From an uncultured Gemmatimonadales bacterium (GTDB lineage Bacteria; Gemmatimonadota; Gemmatimonadetes; Longimicrobiales; RSA9): a DNA stretch of 64,000 nucleotides. Positions 1 to 9,647 of the stretch are shown here, piece by piece. The stretch covers positions 64,001-128,000 of the forward strand of contig CAWAMW010000006.1 in assembly GCA_963783305.1 (NCBI GenBank), given 5' to 3'. Below the pieces are notes generated by a model. That model had not been told where the DNA came from. It was given only the letters and a program-made list of their open reading frames with translations, and did no database searches. The position numbers and the translations under genes were made by a program. Each line of letters begins with the position of its first letter. The first letter of the stretch is position 1.

Positions 1-1380
1 CAGGGCCGGCGTGCCCAGACCGAACGAGCCCTCGGCCGCCACGAACGCGCCATCCGCCGAGAGGACGTAGCCGCTCAGGTTCGTGACCTCCTCGACGACA
101 CCGCCGCCGCTGCCGCCGGGAGCATCGCCAAGCACGATCAGCGAGGCGCCGTCCAGCGTGGTGCCGGGCGCGCCGCCGATCTCGAAGTACTCGTCGCTGT
201 CCGCCCCCGTCTGGTCCGTTCGGATCTCGCTCAGGAAGAGCGGCCCCGACGGCGTCGGCTCGGGGTTGCACGCCCCGAAGGTGTTCGGCTGCGGCCCCGT
301 CCACACGCTCCCGACCCGCTGGAGCGAATGGCCGACCGGCGAGGACGAGCTCTCCTCCACCCCCACGTCCGTCGACGTCATGCCCATCGCGGGGCCCGCG
401 GTGGCCGTGATCACTCCCTCATACGACAGGAACTCGACCACCATCCCCGACGGCGCCACGAGCGCGAGCCCGTCCGGCGACCCGTTCTGGAGCCCGGACT
501 CCTCGAAATGGAGCGCGCCGGAGCCGAAGCACGCGTCCGGCAAAGTGCCGCTCAGCGCGATGCTCCCGTAGCTCTCGCCGTTGCTGCCGTTGTAGAGCAC
601 CACCGACCAGCCGGCCAGGTCCGTACCCGCCGGCCCGAACACCTCCACCGCCTCGCCCACGTCGGAGCCGGCGTTGTCGTAGTGGAACTCGCTCAGGACC
701 ACGTCGGCGTGACTGCCGCCATCCCCGCCATCCCCGCCGTCACCACCATCGCCACCATCGCCACCATCGCCACCATCCCCAGCGCCGTTGCATGCGCCGA
801 AGGTCGACGTCACGGGACCGGTCCATACGTCGCCCGTCCGCTGGAGCGACTCCCCCGCGGGCGTGGAAGGGCCCTCCTGCACGCCGATGTCCGTGGACGT
901 CATGCCGTCGGCGGCACCGCCCGCGGCGACCAGCGTCCCCTCGTAGCTCAGGAACTCCACGACCGTCCCGCCCGCGTCCACCAGGGCGAGCCCGTCGGGC
1001 GACCCGTTCTGGATTCCGTTGACGGGCAGCTCCAGCACCGTCACGCCCTCACCCTCACCCTCACCCTCACAGGTGGCGGGCAGGACCCCCGACAGGGACT
1101 CCGTGCGATAGACGGAGCCGTTGCTCCCGTTGTAGAACACGACGCTCCAGCCGGTCAGGTCCGTCCCCGCCGGGCCCGTGATCTCCACGGCCTCGCCCGT
1201 ATCGGTGCTCTCGTTGTCGTAGTGGATCTCCGTGATCCGTACGGAGGTGGCCGGGGCCTGGAGGAGGGTCGGCGCCACCGCGCTGGTGAGGGTCTCGGTC
1301 GGGCCGTCGTGGCAGGCCATGAGAGCACCCGCCGCGGCGATGGCGGCGAGTGTGGAAAGGGCAGGGGATCTCCAACTCAT
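1..1380 (-). CDS. Secreted lipoprotein with tandem lamin-tail-like domains, probably an extracellular nuclease/phosphoesterase (ExeM/NucH-like); runs off the left edge
   Basis: Not in the ORF track. My translation from ATG 1380 gives MSWRSPALSTLAAIAAAGALMAC (lipobox-like), two copies of E(I/F)HYDN..D.GEAVE..GPAGTDL.GWSVV.YNGSNG...QNGSPDGLALV...VVEFLSYEG, then LFLSEIRTDQTGADSDEYFEI. The catalytic domain is not visible. Confidence 0.75.
   Translation of the reverse strand, partial: MSWRSPALSTLAAIAAAGALMACHDGPTETLTSAVAPTLLQAPATSVRITEIHYDNESTDTGEAVEITGPAGTDLTGWSVVFYNGSNGSVYRTESLSGVLPATCEGEGEGEGVTVLELPVNGIQNGSPDGLALVDAGGTVVEFLSYEGTLVAAGGAADGMTSTDIGVQEGPSTPAGESLQRTGDVWTGPVTSTFGACNGAGDGGDGGDGGDGGDGGDGGDGGSHADVVLSEFHYDNAGSDVGEAVEVFGPAGTDLAGWSVVLYNGSNGESYGSIALSGTLPDACFGSGALHFEESGLQNGSPDGLALVAPSGMVVEFLSYEGVITATAGPAMGMTSTDVGVEESSSSPVGHSLQRVGSVWTGPQPNTFGACNPEPTPSGPLFLSEIRTDQTGADSDEYFEIGGAPGTTLDGASLIVLGDAPGGSGGGVVEEVTNLSGYVLSADGAFVAAEGSFGLGTPAL
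718..780 (-). repeat. 9-bp-period coding repeat encoding a (Gly-Asp-Gly)x7 linker
   Basis: Minus strand reads GGG GAT GGT GGC GAT GGT GGC GAT GGT..., between the two duplicated domains. Confidence 0.85.
1046..1069. repeat. (CCCTCA)x4 in-frame microsatellite encoding a Glu-Gly run
   Basis: Four perfect 6-mers read directly from the sequence. Confidence 0.85.
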
Positions 1381-1503
1381 CGAATCGTCTGCTCCGGAAT
1401 GGGGGAGTGGGCACCGGGAGCGCGGGTGGGGCCCGGTTCGCGGCTGCTCTACGCGTCGATTCTAACGCACAAAGGGCGGCGCCGCACGCACCAACCGCCG
1501 CCA

Positions 1504-1530
1504 ACCGGACCGGTTTCCTCATTCCTCATT
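1504..1530. repeat. Left palindromic inverted repeat flanking the Y1 transposase
   Basis: ACCGGACCGGTTTCC (1504-1518) is the exact reverse complement of 2593-2607; the match is 23/27 when extended. Confidence 0.8.
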
Positions 1531-1576
1531 TGGCCGAGGCTCCGCGGCGGCCCCGCATCTCAATGGCGGTGGGTCG

Positions 1577-2530
1577 TCAGCGCCCTACGATGATCGTCGA
1601 CACGCACTGGGGGCTGACCCGGAGGTACCGCGCGATCACGTGGTTGGGATGGCCGGCGTCGTGTGCGCGAAGCACGATATCGCGGCGGGCCCGCGCGATC
1701 ACCCGCGTCTTGCACCCGCTGCGGATCAGGTCGAGATCGAGGTCGAGGCGGAGCTCGGCGACCATGCGTTTCGCGATGTCGCTGAGATCCGTACGCTGGC
1801 GACGTCGCGCCCGAACGAGGTCGGCGCCGGCGAAATCGGGTCGCGTCGCAAACTCCGGAAATCGCCGCGCCCACGGGTCCTGCCCGCCCCACAGCGGCGG
1901 CGGCTCCGGTCGCTCGGATCCCGCATCGTAGCCCTCGAACAAATCGCACTCCAGCCGCCATGCGACGAACCGGTCGTAGGACGCCCGCAGCGCCCCCCGG
2001 TCCGCGCCGGCGGTGGGGGCGAACAGCGTCAGCCCGAGCTCGGCGGCGAGTACGGACTCCAGGGGGCCAGCGCGACGGCCGGACGCCGGGTCGTCCCGGG
2101 AGTACGACCCGTGGGAGCTCCACACGTATTGGCCAGGCGCGTCGACAAGCCCGGCGCGCACCGGATTGAGGTTCGTATAGACGATCGCGTTGCGGATATA
2201 GTGGGGGTCGAGACAGGCCGAATCGCGAAATCGACCTTCGAAGATGTGGCCAGTCGTGCGATGCGCACGCTGCGCGCGGAGCGCGACGCGGCGCAGCAGC
2301 GGCTTCATGCACCGGTCGAGCGGCTTCTGCCCCTGCCGGATCACCAGATGGAGGTGATTCGACATCACGCAGTAGGCGAGGAGGCGTGCGTCCGACCTCG
2401 CGAACACTGCGGCAATGTCCCGCTCGATCTGCGACCGGATCACCTCGCTGAACCGGCCGCGGCGGCCGAGCGTGCGGGCGGTCAGGTGAAAGACCGCGCC
2501 AGGCAGGTGGGATCGCGGGTATCGGGGCAT
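1577..2530 (-). mobile_element. Y1 (HUH) tyrosine transposase, RAYT/IS200-like, with C-terminal HTH
   Basis: MPR.PR...PGAVFHLTAR start, AYCVMSNHLHL (HUH), GHIFEGRF, IVYTNLNPVRAGLV, YVWSSH; C-terminal IARYLRVSPQCVS helix-turn-helix. Confidence 0.88.
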
Positions 2531-2580
2531 GCCGGCAATGTGGAGGGTCAGGCGGGGCACGCGAATGGCTGACTGGGACG

Positions 2581-2607
2581 ATTGTGGAATATGGAAACCG
2601 GTCCGGT
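2581..2607. repeat. Right palindromic inverted repeat flanking the Y1 transposase
   Basis: GGAAACCGGTCCGGT at 2593-2607, the partner of 1504-1518. Confidence 0.8.
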
Positions 2608-2638
2608 AGGGAGTAATCCCGTGCCCGCGGGGAGGGCG

Positions 2639-4687
2639 CTACCCCGTCCTCCCCCATCCCGCGCCCGCGGCGCCGCCCTCGTCCGGCCGGCCGGCGGCGA
2701 CGAGCTCGCGTCGCTCCGTTCCGCGGGCCGCGGGTGCGGTCGATGGGACCACTTCCGAGGTGGCGCGCTGGCGGGTCGAGAGGCGGAACCGGCCGACCAG
2801 TCCCTTCAGCTGCTGCGCCTGCCCGGACAGCTCCTCGGCCGAACTGGCGCTCTCCTCGGAGCTGGCCGCCGACCGCTGCGTGACGGCGTTCATCTCCTCG
2901 ACAGCGCCGTTGATCTGGGACACGCCCTCTGTTTGCTGCTCGCTCGCCGCCGCGATCTCCGCCATCACCTCCCATACTCGGCCCACCCCGGTACGAACCT
3001 CCCCCAGCTTCTCGACCACTTCGGCCTGAACCTCCACGCCGTCCTCGGAGGCCTCCACGCTCTGCTCGATCAACGCGGCGGTCTCCTTCGCCGCCTCGGC
3101 GCTGCGCATCGCCAGGTTCCGTACTTCCTCCGCCACCACGGCGAACCCTTTACCGGCCTCCCCGGCGCGGGCCGCCTCCACGGCCGCGTTCAGCGCGAGC
3201 AGGTTCGTCTGGAAGGCGATCTCATCGATGGTCTTCACGATCCGGCTTGTGGCGTCGCTCGACTCCCGGATCCGCTGCACGGCGGCGCTGAGGCGCTCCA
3301 TGGACTCCGTGCCGCTCACGGTGCTGCCGTTCGCGGCATCCGCGAGTCCCCGGGCCTCGTTGGCGCTCAGGGCGTTCTGGTTGGCCATGGACGCCAGCTC
3401 CTGCAGGCTGCTCGATACTTCCTCGAGGCTGGACGCCTGCTCGCTGGAGGCTTCGGCCAGGCCCTGGCTGCCCACGGCGATCTGTTCGGACGCTGTCGAG
3501 ACCTCATCGGCACTGCCCGCGACTTCCGCCAGGGCGCCCTCCAGCGTGTCCAGCGCACCATTCAGGGAGTTCTGGAAGTCGACGAAATCTCCGCGATAGC
3601 TCCCGGTCATCCGGACCGAGAGGTCACGCTCCGCGAGCCTGCCGAGGACGCCGGCGGCCTCGTCCACGGGCTCGACGATCGCGACGAGCGTGTCGTTGAC
3701 CCCGCGTGCGACCTCGGCGTACGCCCCCGCCAGCCGGTCGGTCCGGGCCCGCGCCTTCAGGTCGCCGTGACGCGCGGCCTCCGTGAGGCCGGTCATCTCG
3801 TCCACCAGCGCGCGGACACCGTCCCGGGCGGTCAGGATGCTGCGGGTGAGGATATCGTGCTCGGAGCGGGGTTCGAGCTCGAGCGACGTGTCGCCCCCGC
3901 CGAGGCGGTTCGCCCCGGCGGCGGCTTCGCGAAGGTAGTCGGACATGGCCCGGAAGGCGTCAGCGAGCCGACCGGTCTCGTCCGACGCGGTGTGTTGGAT
4001 GTCCACGAGCTCGCCACTGGCCATCCGTTCGCCGGCGTCGGTGACCACGCCGATGCTCCGCGAGATGGCCCTGGCGACGTAGGTCAGCGTCAGCAGCGCC
4101 AGCAGGATCACCAGCGCGATGCCCATGTAGATGGCCTGCTTGACGCCCGCGGCCGTCGCGGCGACGTCATCCAGGTACACGCCGGTGCCGAGGATCCACC
4201 CCCACGGCTCGAAGTGAACGGCGTGGCTCATCTTGGCCTTCGGCTCGTCTTCGCCCGGCTTCGGCCAGAGGTAGGTCACGTCGGCGGTACCGGTGGCCAC
4301 GGCGTCCTTCACCATCGGCTGGAGGATCCGCACCCCATTGGGGTCGGCGAGGTCCCACTGGTTCGTGCCCTCCAGGTCCCGCCTCGGGTGCACCAGCATG
4401 TTGCCTTCGGAATCGAAGACGTACACGTAATCCCCGTCGCCGTACTCCATGTTGCGGATCAGGCGGGCCGCACGGATCTGCGACTCCTCTTCTGTGTCGC
4501 CCGCGGCCAGGCCGGCCTCGTGCTCCGACTCGACCAGGGCGAGCGCGACGGCCGCGATGTTCCGGGCGATGTCCATCCGCTCGGCGAGCATGGCGCGCTC
4601 GAAGCGCTCCCCCATCCACCAGCCGAGCACGGCGAGGAGAGGGACAATGACCGCCCCCGCGAGCGTGACCTTCGTTGCGATCTTCAT
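2639..4687 (-). CDS. Methyl-accepting chemotaxis protein (single Cache sensor, HAMP domains, MCP signalling domain)
   Basis: Start [25 protein letters not shown]...YLWPKPG...[13 protein letters not shown] (sCache_2-like), [43 protein letters not shown]. Confidence 0.95.
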   Translation of the reverse strand: MKIATKVTLAGAVIVPLLAVLGWWMGERFERAMLAERMDIARNIAAVALALVESEHEAGLAAGDTEEESQIRAARLIRNMEYGDGDYVYVFDSEGNMLVHPRRDLEGTNQWDLADPNGVRILQPMVKDAVATGTADVTYLWPKPGEDEPKAKMSHAVHFEPWGWILGTGVYLDDVAATAAGVKQAIYMGIALVILLALLTLTYVARAISRSIGVVTDAGERMASGELVDIQHTASDETGRLADAFRAMSDYLREAAAGANRLGGGDTSLELEPRSEHDILTRSILTARDGVRALVDEMTGLTEAARHGDLKARARTDRLAGAYAEVARGVNDTLVAIVEPVDEAAGVLGRLAERDLSVRMTGSYRGDFVDFQNSLNGALDTLEGALAEVAGSADEVSTASEQIAVGSQGLAEASSEQASSLEEVSSSLQELASMANQNALSANEARGLADAANGSTVSGTESMERLSAAVQRIRESSDATSRIVKTIDEIAFQTNLLALNAAVEAARAGEAGKGFAVVAEEVRNLAMRSAEAAKETAALIEQSVEASEDGVEVQAEVVEKLGEVRTGVGRVWEVMAEIAAASEQQTEGVSQINGAVEEMNAVTQRSAASSEESASSAEELSGQAQQLKGLVGRFRLSTRQRATSEVVPSTAPAARGTERRELVAAGRPDEGGAAGAGWGRTG

Positions 4688-4701
4688 CGTCGTCCCCTGG
4701 C

Positions 4702-5985
4702 TCAGAATGCGTAGAGTATGCTGAAGCTGATCTGATCGGCCGATCGATCCAGGTGTCCGTCGTTCTCGGCCCACCGTGTGTCCGCGTGGAACCACTCCAT
4801 GGCCGCGCGCCACGCCGTGTCGTTCCATTGGAGCGACAGCGCCTGTGTGGAATTGTGGAGGCGTGAGCCGCCGCTGTCCCTCACGTCCGCGTCCACCGGA
4901 TCGTCGTAGCCGCGGAAGTACCAGAGGCCGAGCCGCGGGGTCAGGTCGTAGCCGAGCTGTGCCCATCCCCCCTGGCTGCCGATGTCCCCGAACTGGGCGA
5001 GGGCGGCGAACTGCTGACCGATGGCGCGGCCGACGTAGGCGTTGCCGTGCAGCGTGTACCGGCCCCGGCTGGCTCTGCCCCCGGCCTGGAACGCGGTCCC
5101 CGTGAGGGAGTCATCGGTGTCGAAGTGGTCACCGACCCCGCTCAGGTCCTTCCGGTCGACGTGCCCCACCGCGTACGCACCCCACTCCGCGCCGAGCGCC
5201 TGGCCTCCCACGTCGACCCGGGCCTCGAGCTGCGGGATGCCCGCTTCGCCCGCGCTCCGGTGATCCGTCACCTGCGTGGGGTCGTCCGCGTCGGTCCCGC
5301 TCCACGATCCACGCTGGGCTCCGAGCTGAATGCGGAGCTGGACCGGCGCCTCCCTGCCGAGGAGCTCCTGCTCCACCACGACGCCGGGGAACCGCCATCC
5401 GAGGAACCCCGAGCCGAGCCCCAGCGGGAACGCGACGTGAGCCACCGACACGGGGACGGCGCCCGTCATGGGCGCCCACGCCTGGCCCGCCCGGACGGTG
5501 GTGCCGCCGCCCTGGAGCTGGACGTAGGCGAGCCGGAGCCGGGGCTGGGGCTGTTCGTCGTTGAACGGACCCACGCCCGTGAAGGAGCCGAAGAAGTCGA
5601 TCTCGAGAATGCCGCTCGCGCCCCATCGGGAAGGGCTGTTCGTGGTGGCCGCGGTCAGGCGGAGCCGCGTGTTGCGCACGTCCCCGCCTATGAACCAGGG
5701 ATCCACGTCGTCCGACCGGTTGGCCGCGAACACGGCGCTCTGACCGTTGCCGAAGCCGAACGACTGGTTCTGGACGAAGCTCGTCGCCGCCACGAACCCG
5801 CTGACGCTGAGCGTCACGCCGGGGATGGGGGCGGGCGCGTCGGCCGAGTCCCCGGCCACCGGGATCGAGTCGGGCGCCAGCACGGCGGGCACGAGGACCG
5901 CCTGGGCGTGAACGGGTCCAACGGCGATACCGACGCCAGCCAGCGCGCTGAGCAGGAACGGCCGCAGGGAAGATCTTCTGTTCAT
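4702..5985 (-). CDS. Outer-membrane porin-like beta-barrel (DcaP-like)
   Basis: Signal peptide, [28 protein letters not shown] motif, alternating beta pattern, C-terminal Phe (ILYAF). Confidence 0.7.
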   Translation of the reverse strand: MNRRSSLRPFLLSALAGVGIAVGPVHAQAVLVPAVLAPDSIPVAGDSADAPAPIPGVTLSVSGFVAATSFVQNQSFGFGNGQSAVFAANRSDDVDPWFIGGDVRNTRLRLTAATTNSPSRWGASGILEIDFFGSFTGVGPFNDEQPQPRLRLAYVQLQGGGTTVRAGQAWAPMTGAVPVSVAHVAFPLGLGSGFLGWRFPGVVVEQELLGREAPVQLRIQLGAQRGSWSGTDADDPTQVTDHRSAGEAGIPQLEARVDVGGQALGAEWGAYAVGHVDRKDLSGVGDHFDTDDSLTGTAFQAGGRASRGRYTLHGNAYVGRAIGQQFAALAQFGDIGSQGGWAQLGYDLTPRLGLWYFRGYDDPVDADVRDSGGSRLHNSTQALSLQWNDTAWRAAMEWFHADTRWAENDGHLDRSADQISFSILYAF

Positions 5986-6556
5986 CCGTCAGACTCCGAA
6001 TCGAGTTCATGGGCAGCCGACCGCTCGGTCTTGCCTCGGGCTGTCGGAGAGCGTCGGGTCCACGCGGGAATACTTGAGACCGGAGCTCTGGACGCCGCTC
6101 CGCGCGCGGCTCAAACCGGATGCACCCTCCCCGATCACCCGCAACTCGCATCGATGCGCACCCCAACGCTGCCCGACGCCCGCCGTGGCGCGCGCCGCTG
6201 TTCGCGCTGCTGGGCGCCGCCGTGGTCGCACCGGCGGGGGACGAGCGGGTGGCCGCCCGCTGGGCGCACGTCGACAACGTGCTCCAGCGCCGGGCCGATC
6301 GGATCCCACGGGTCGCGGCCGTGGTGGGGGCGGAAGCGGCCCACGAGCGAGCGGTGGTGGAGACGCTGTCATCGGCGCATCGCGACCACCGGGGGCCAGG
6401 GAGGCGGCCGTCCGCGCTGCCCCCTCAGCCGCAGCCAGGCCTCGCTCGCAGCCACTTCCCGCGGGCAGCAGCGCTTCCCCGGTCGGGCCCGTCGCTGGCG
6501 CGACTCCCCGCCTCTCCATAGCATGTCCCTGCTGCTCAATCATCATCGGAGGAACC

Positions 6557-8506
6557 ATGCCGACCCGTCCTCGCCGCCGGCACTCCAGGCGCTACGTCGC
6601 TCCCATCATCCCCCTCGCACTGGCGGCCATGCTCGCCGCCACCGCCTCGCCCCTCCTCGCCCAGGGGCGGCCCAACAAGCCGGTCCTCCATGGCGCCCAC
6701 TGGGTGGCCATCACCGGCAAGCCGCTGGCCGCCACCGCCGGTGCCCGGATCTTCCACGAAGGCGGCAACGCGGTGGACGCGGCCTGCGCCATGCTCGCCG
6801 CCGCGGCCACCATGTGGGACGTCCTCTCCTGGGGCGGTGAGACCCAGGCGCTCATCTACAACCCGGAGACGGATGAGGTGGTGGGGGTGAATGCGCTCGG
6901 CGTCGCCCCCTCCGGTGCGACGGCGGAGTTCTACCGCGCCGAGGGCTACGACCATCCGCCGCAGTACGGGCCGCTGGCGGCGGTCACCCCGGGCACGCCG
7001 GGCGGCCTCATGACAATGCTGGCGGAGTTCGGGACGCTGTCGCTGGCGGAAGTGCTCGCCCCGGCCATCGAGATGGCGGAGGACGGCTACCCCATGGAGG
7101 CGCAGGCGGCGGGTTCCATCGAGGCGGGCAAGGAGCGGATCCGGGAGTGGCGCTATTCCCGGGAGGTCTTCCTCCCGCACGAGGGCGAGGAGTGGGAGGC
7201 GCCGCGGGCGGGCGAGCTCTTCCAGCAGCCTGACCTCGCCGCGACGCTCCAGAAGCTGGTGGAGGCGGAGCGGTCGGCGCTTGCGGAGGGGAAGAGCAGG
7301 GAGGAGGCGATCCAGGCGGCCTACGATCGGTTCTACCGCGGCGACATCGCCCGCGAGTTCGTCCGGGGCGCCAACGAGGAGGGCGGGCTCTTCACTCTCG
7401 ACGACCTCGCCCGCTGGCAGGTCCACCTCGAGGAGCCGGTCCACACCCGCTACCGGGACTACGACGTCTACAAGCTCAACGTCTGGACACAGGGCCCCGC
7501 CATGCTCCAGATGCTCAACATGCTGGAGCCCTTCGACCTTCAGGCCATGGGCTACAACAGCGCACGCTACATCCACACGGTGTACCAGGTGATGAGCCGC
7601 GCCTTCGCCGACCGCGACTTCTACTACGGTGATCCCCTCTTCCCACCGGCCGAGCCGGTGGAGGGGCTCCTCTCCAAGGAGTACGCGCGGGACCGCGCGG
7701 CGGGGATCGACCCGGCGCGGAACGACCCGGACGTGAAGCCCGGCGACCCATACCGCTACCAGGCCGGTGGTAACCCCTTCCTCGATGACCTCGAGCGTTG
7801 GCACACCACGGGTGTGGAGGGCGCGGGTGACGTGGTCCCCGAGCACGACCGGCCGCCGACCCTGGGCTCGGCCTCGACGCCCTCACCGGTCGAACCGCTG
7901 CACGCCTTCGAGCGCGACTACTGGAGTGGGACCACCACCGTGCAGGCCGCCGACGCCGAGGGGTGGGTGGTGAGCATCACCCCCAGCGGCGGGTGGGTCC
8001 CCGCGGTCATCGCCGGTCGCACCGGCGTGGGCATGAGCCAGCGGGCCCAGAGCTTCGTCACCGACCCGGCCGAGAACCCGTACAACGTCATCGAGCCGGG
8101 AAAGCGTCCCCGGGTCACCCTCACTCCCACCCTCGCCCTTCGCGACGGGCTGCCGTTCCTTTCCTTCGCCGTGCAGGGCGGCGACACCCAGGACCAGAAC
8201 CTCCTCCAGTTCTTCCTCAATGTGGTGGAGTTCGGCATGAACGTGCAGGAGGCCGCGGAGGCGGCCAACGTCAACAGCTACCAGCTCCGGAACTCGTTCG
8301 GCGACCACGAATCGGTCCCCGGCCGGCTGCTGGTCAACGATGCGATGCCGCCCTGGGTCCGGGAGCAGCTCCGGGAAATGGGGTACGACCTGGCCACCAG
8401 GGACCGCACGTCCGGGCCCATCAACGCCATCTGGTTCGATCGCGCCCACGGCACCATGTGGGGCGGCTCCAGCGACTATGGTGACGACTACGGGATCGCC
8501 TGGTAG
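6557..8506 (+). CDS. ggt: Gamma-glutamyltransferase family protein (exported)
   Basis: GGAGG RBS; signal peptide; GGNAVDAA, PGTPGG, AFADRD, autoproteolysis Thr in GTTTVQAAD, PGKRPRVTLTP, QGGDTQDQ. Confidence 0.9.
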   Translation: MPTRPRRRHSRRYVAPIIPLALAAMLAATASPLLAQGRPNKPVLHGAHWVAITGKPLAATAGARIFHEGGNAVDAACAMLAAAATMWDVLSWGGETQALIYNPETDEVVGVNALGVAPSGATAEFYRAEGYDHPPQYGPLAAVTPGTPGGLMTMLAEFGTLSLAEVLAPAIEMAEDGYPMEAQAAGSIEAGKERIREWRYSREVFLPHEGEEWEAPRAGELFQQPDLAATLQKLVEAERSALAEGKSREEAIQAAYDRFYRGDIAREFVRGANEEGGLFTLDDLARWQVHLEEPVHTRYRDYDVYKLNVWTQGPAMLQMLNMLEPFDLQAMGYNSARYIHTVYQVMSRAFADRDFYYGDPLFPPAEPVEGLLSKEYARDRAAGIDPARNDPDVKPGDPYRYQAGGNPFLDDLERWHTTGVEGAGDVVPEHDRPPTLGSASTPSPVEPLHAFERDYWSGTTTVQAADAEGWVVSITPSGGWVPAVIAGRTGVGMSQRAQSFVTDPAENPYNVIEPGKRPRVTLTPTLALRDGLPFLSFAVQGGDTQDQNLLQFFLNVVEFGMNVQEAAEAANVNSYQLRNSFGDHESVPGRLLVNDAMPPWVREQLREMGYDLATRDRTSGPINAIWFDRAHGTMWGGSSDYGDDYGIAW

Positions 8507-8536
8507 CCGCTCCCCGCCCACCCTTTTCGGGACCCG

Positions 8537-9454
8537 CTAGCCCTCTTCCGTGTGTGTGTCGGCGCCATAGAAACGGCGCGCGGGAGCGTGCACGTCCACG
8601 GCGTCCGTCCGGCTGCGTTCCTCGGAAGGGCTATGCCCGCCCCCCCCGGTCCCGGCACGCTCGAAGAAGTCGTCGACAGCCAGGGCATGGTTCTGTGTCA
8701 GCGGCAGCCCGCCGTATTGCGGGTATTCCGCGAGATCCGGCGCGAGCAGACCGGCGACCACTACCTTCTTGGATCCGTGGTCCAGCCGCACACGCTCGCT
8801 CGGCAGCAGGACATGTCGGTCCACCGGCTCGAGCGCCAGCGTCTTCTCGTCCACCGCGACATCCAGGTAGCGGGCCTTCATCTCACCCGTGGCGACCAGG
8901 AGCTCCGAGACGCGACCCACGGTTTCACCCTCGCCCGTTACGACCTTCCACCCGCGAGGGTCATCGCCGCCGACCTCGTACTCCTTCTCCAGATCGGCCA
9001 TCCGACGCAGCTCCACCGGCTCCCTGACCGCCCGCACCCTCCCGGTATCGGCCTCCCCGGTTTGGATGACCTCGCCCGCTTCCGTGCCTCTGCCCTGCCG
9101 GCTCGCCCCACCGTAATACGCGCGCAGCCGGCGCTCGTAGCTCTCATCGAGCGTCTCCGGCTCCATCACGTATTCGGGCGCCTCCTCGAGGCGCTCCTTC
9201 GTGACACCCTCTACCCACACGGTGTCTCGTTCCCGGTCCGCGCGGGCCTGGTCGAGAGGGATGAGGACATGCTTCTTCATGAACCCGAGGTCCACCTCGA
9301 GGTAGCTCAACTGCCCATCGGCACCGAGCAGCATGTCGTCCACCTGTCCCGCCTTCTTGTCATCGGACGCCGTCCGAACGGTCCAGCCACGGACGTCCCA
9401 CGTACCCGCGGGGAACTCGAACGCGTCCACACGGGAGATCGGTCGCAAAGCCAT
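8537..9454 (-). CDS. Protein with two PRC-barrel domains
   Basis: GGAGG RBS; two copies of D(V/P)RGW.V....G.V..(M/L)L......YL.VD....HVL(I/L)P. Confidence 0.8.
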   Translation of the reverse strand: MALRPISRVDAFEFPAGTWDVRGWTVRTASDDKKAGQVDDMLLGADGQLSYLEVDLGFMKKHVLIPLDQARADRERDTVWVEGVTKERLEEAPEYVMEPETLDESYERRLRAYYGGASRQGRGTEAGEVIQTGEADTGRVRAVREPVELRRMADLEKEYEVGGDDPRGWKVVTGEGETVGRVSELLVATGEMKARYLDVAVDEKTLALEPVDRHVLLPSERVRLDHGSKKVVVAGLLAPDLAEYPQYGGLPLTQNHALAVDDFFERAGTGGGGHSPSEERSRTDAVDVHAPARRFYGADTHTEEG

Positions 9455-9647
9455 GAGCTCCTCCAGCACAGGGGTTCCACTCCTCCGGTGGACGGGGGGG
9501 CAAGGGGAGTGCCACGACGAACCCGCGAAACGATCGGAAGCAAACACCTGGCGGTGAACGCCCGAGCGTGCGCATTATGGAGTCCTCCCCGGTGGGCGCG
9601 CCGCGCCCGATCAGTCGACCAACCCGAACACATCCAGCAGCCCGACA

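Noticed and set aside
718..780. Short tandem repeats here and at 19957-19990 and 11345-11420 considered as CRISPR arrays
   Set aside because: Periods of 9-15 bp, no unique spacers and no cas genes in the window.
83..1593. Plus-strand ORFs 83..571 and 328..1593
   Set aside because: Antisense shadows of the minus-strand lamin-tail lipoprotein; the TIA and LT repeats are the reverse reading of its GDG and GE linkers.
2582..4714. 710-aa plus-strand ORF, and similar long ORFs at 26800..28752, 40962..43646, 18023..19660 and 61755..63542
   Set aside because: They lie antisense to well-supported genes, which is expected at high GC3, and show no family motifs.
6001..6140. Possible c-di-GMP riboswitch upstream of the porin-MCP operon
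   Set aside because: Only scattered resemblance (CCGGTCTCAAG, GACAGC, GGCTGCC); the GGCAAA/GAAA/CGCAAAGC core in the correct order was not found.
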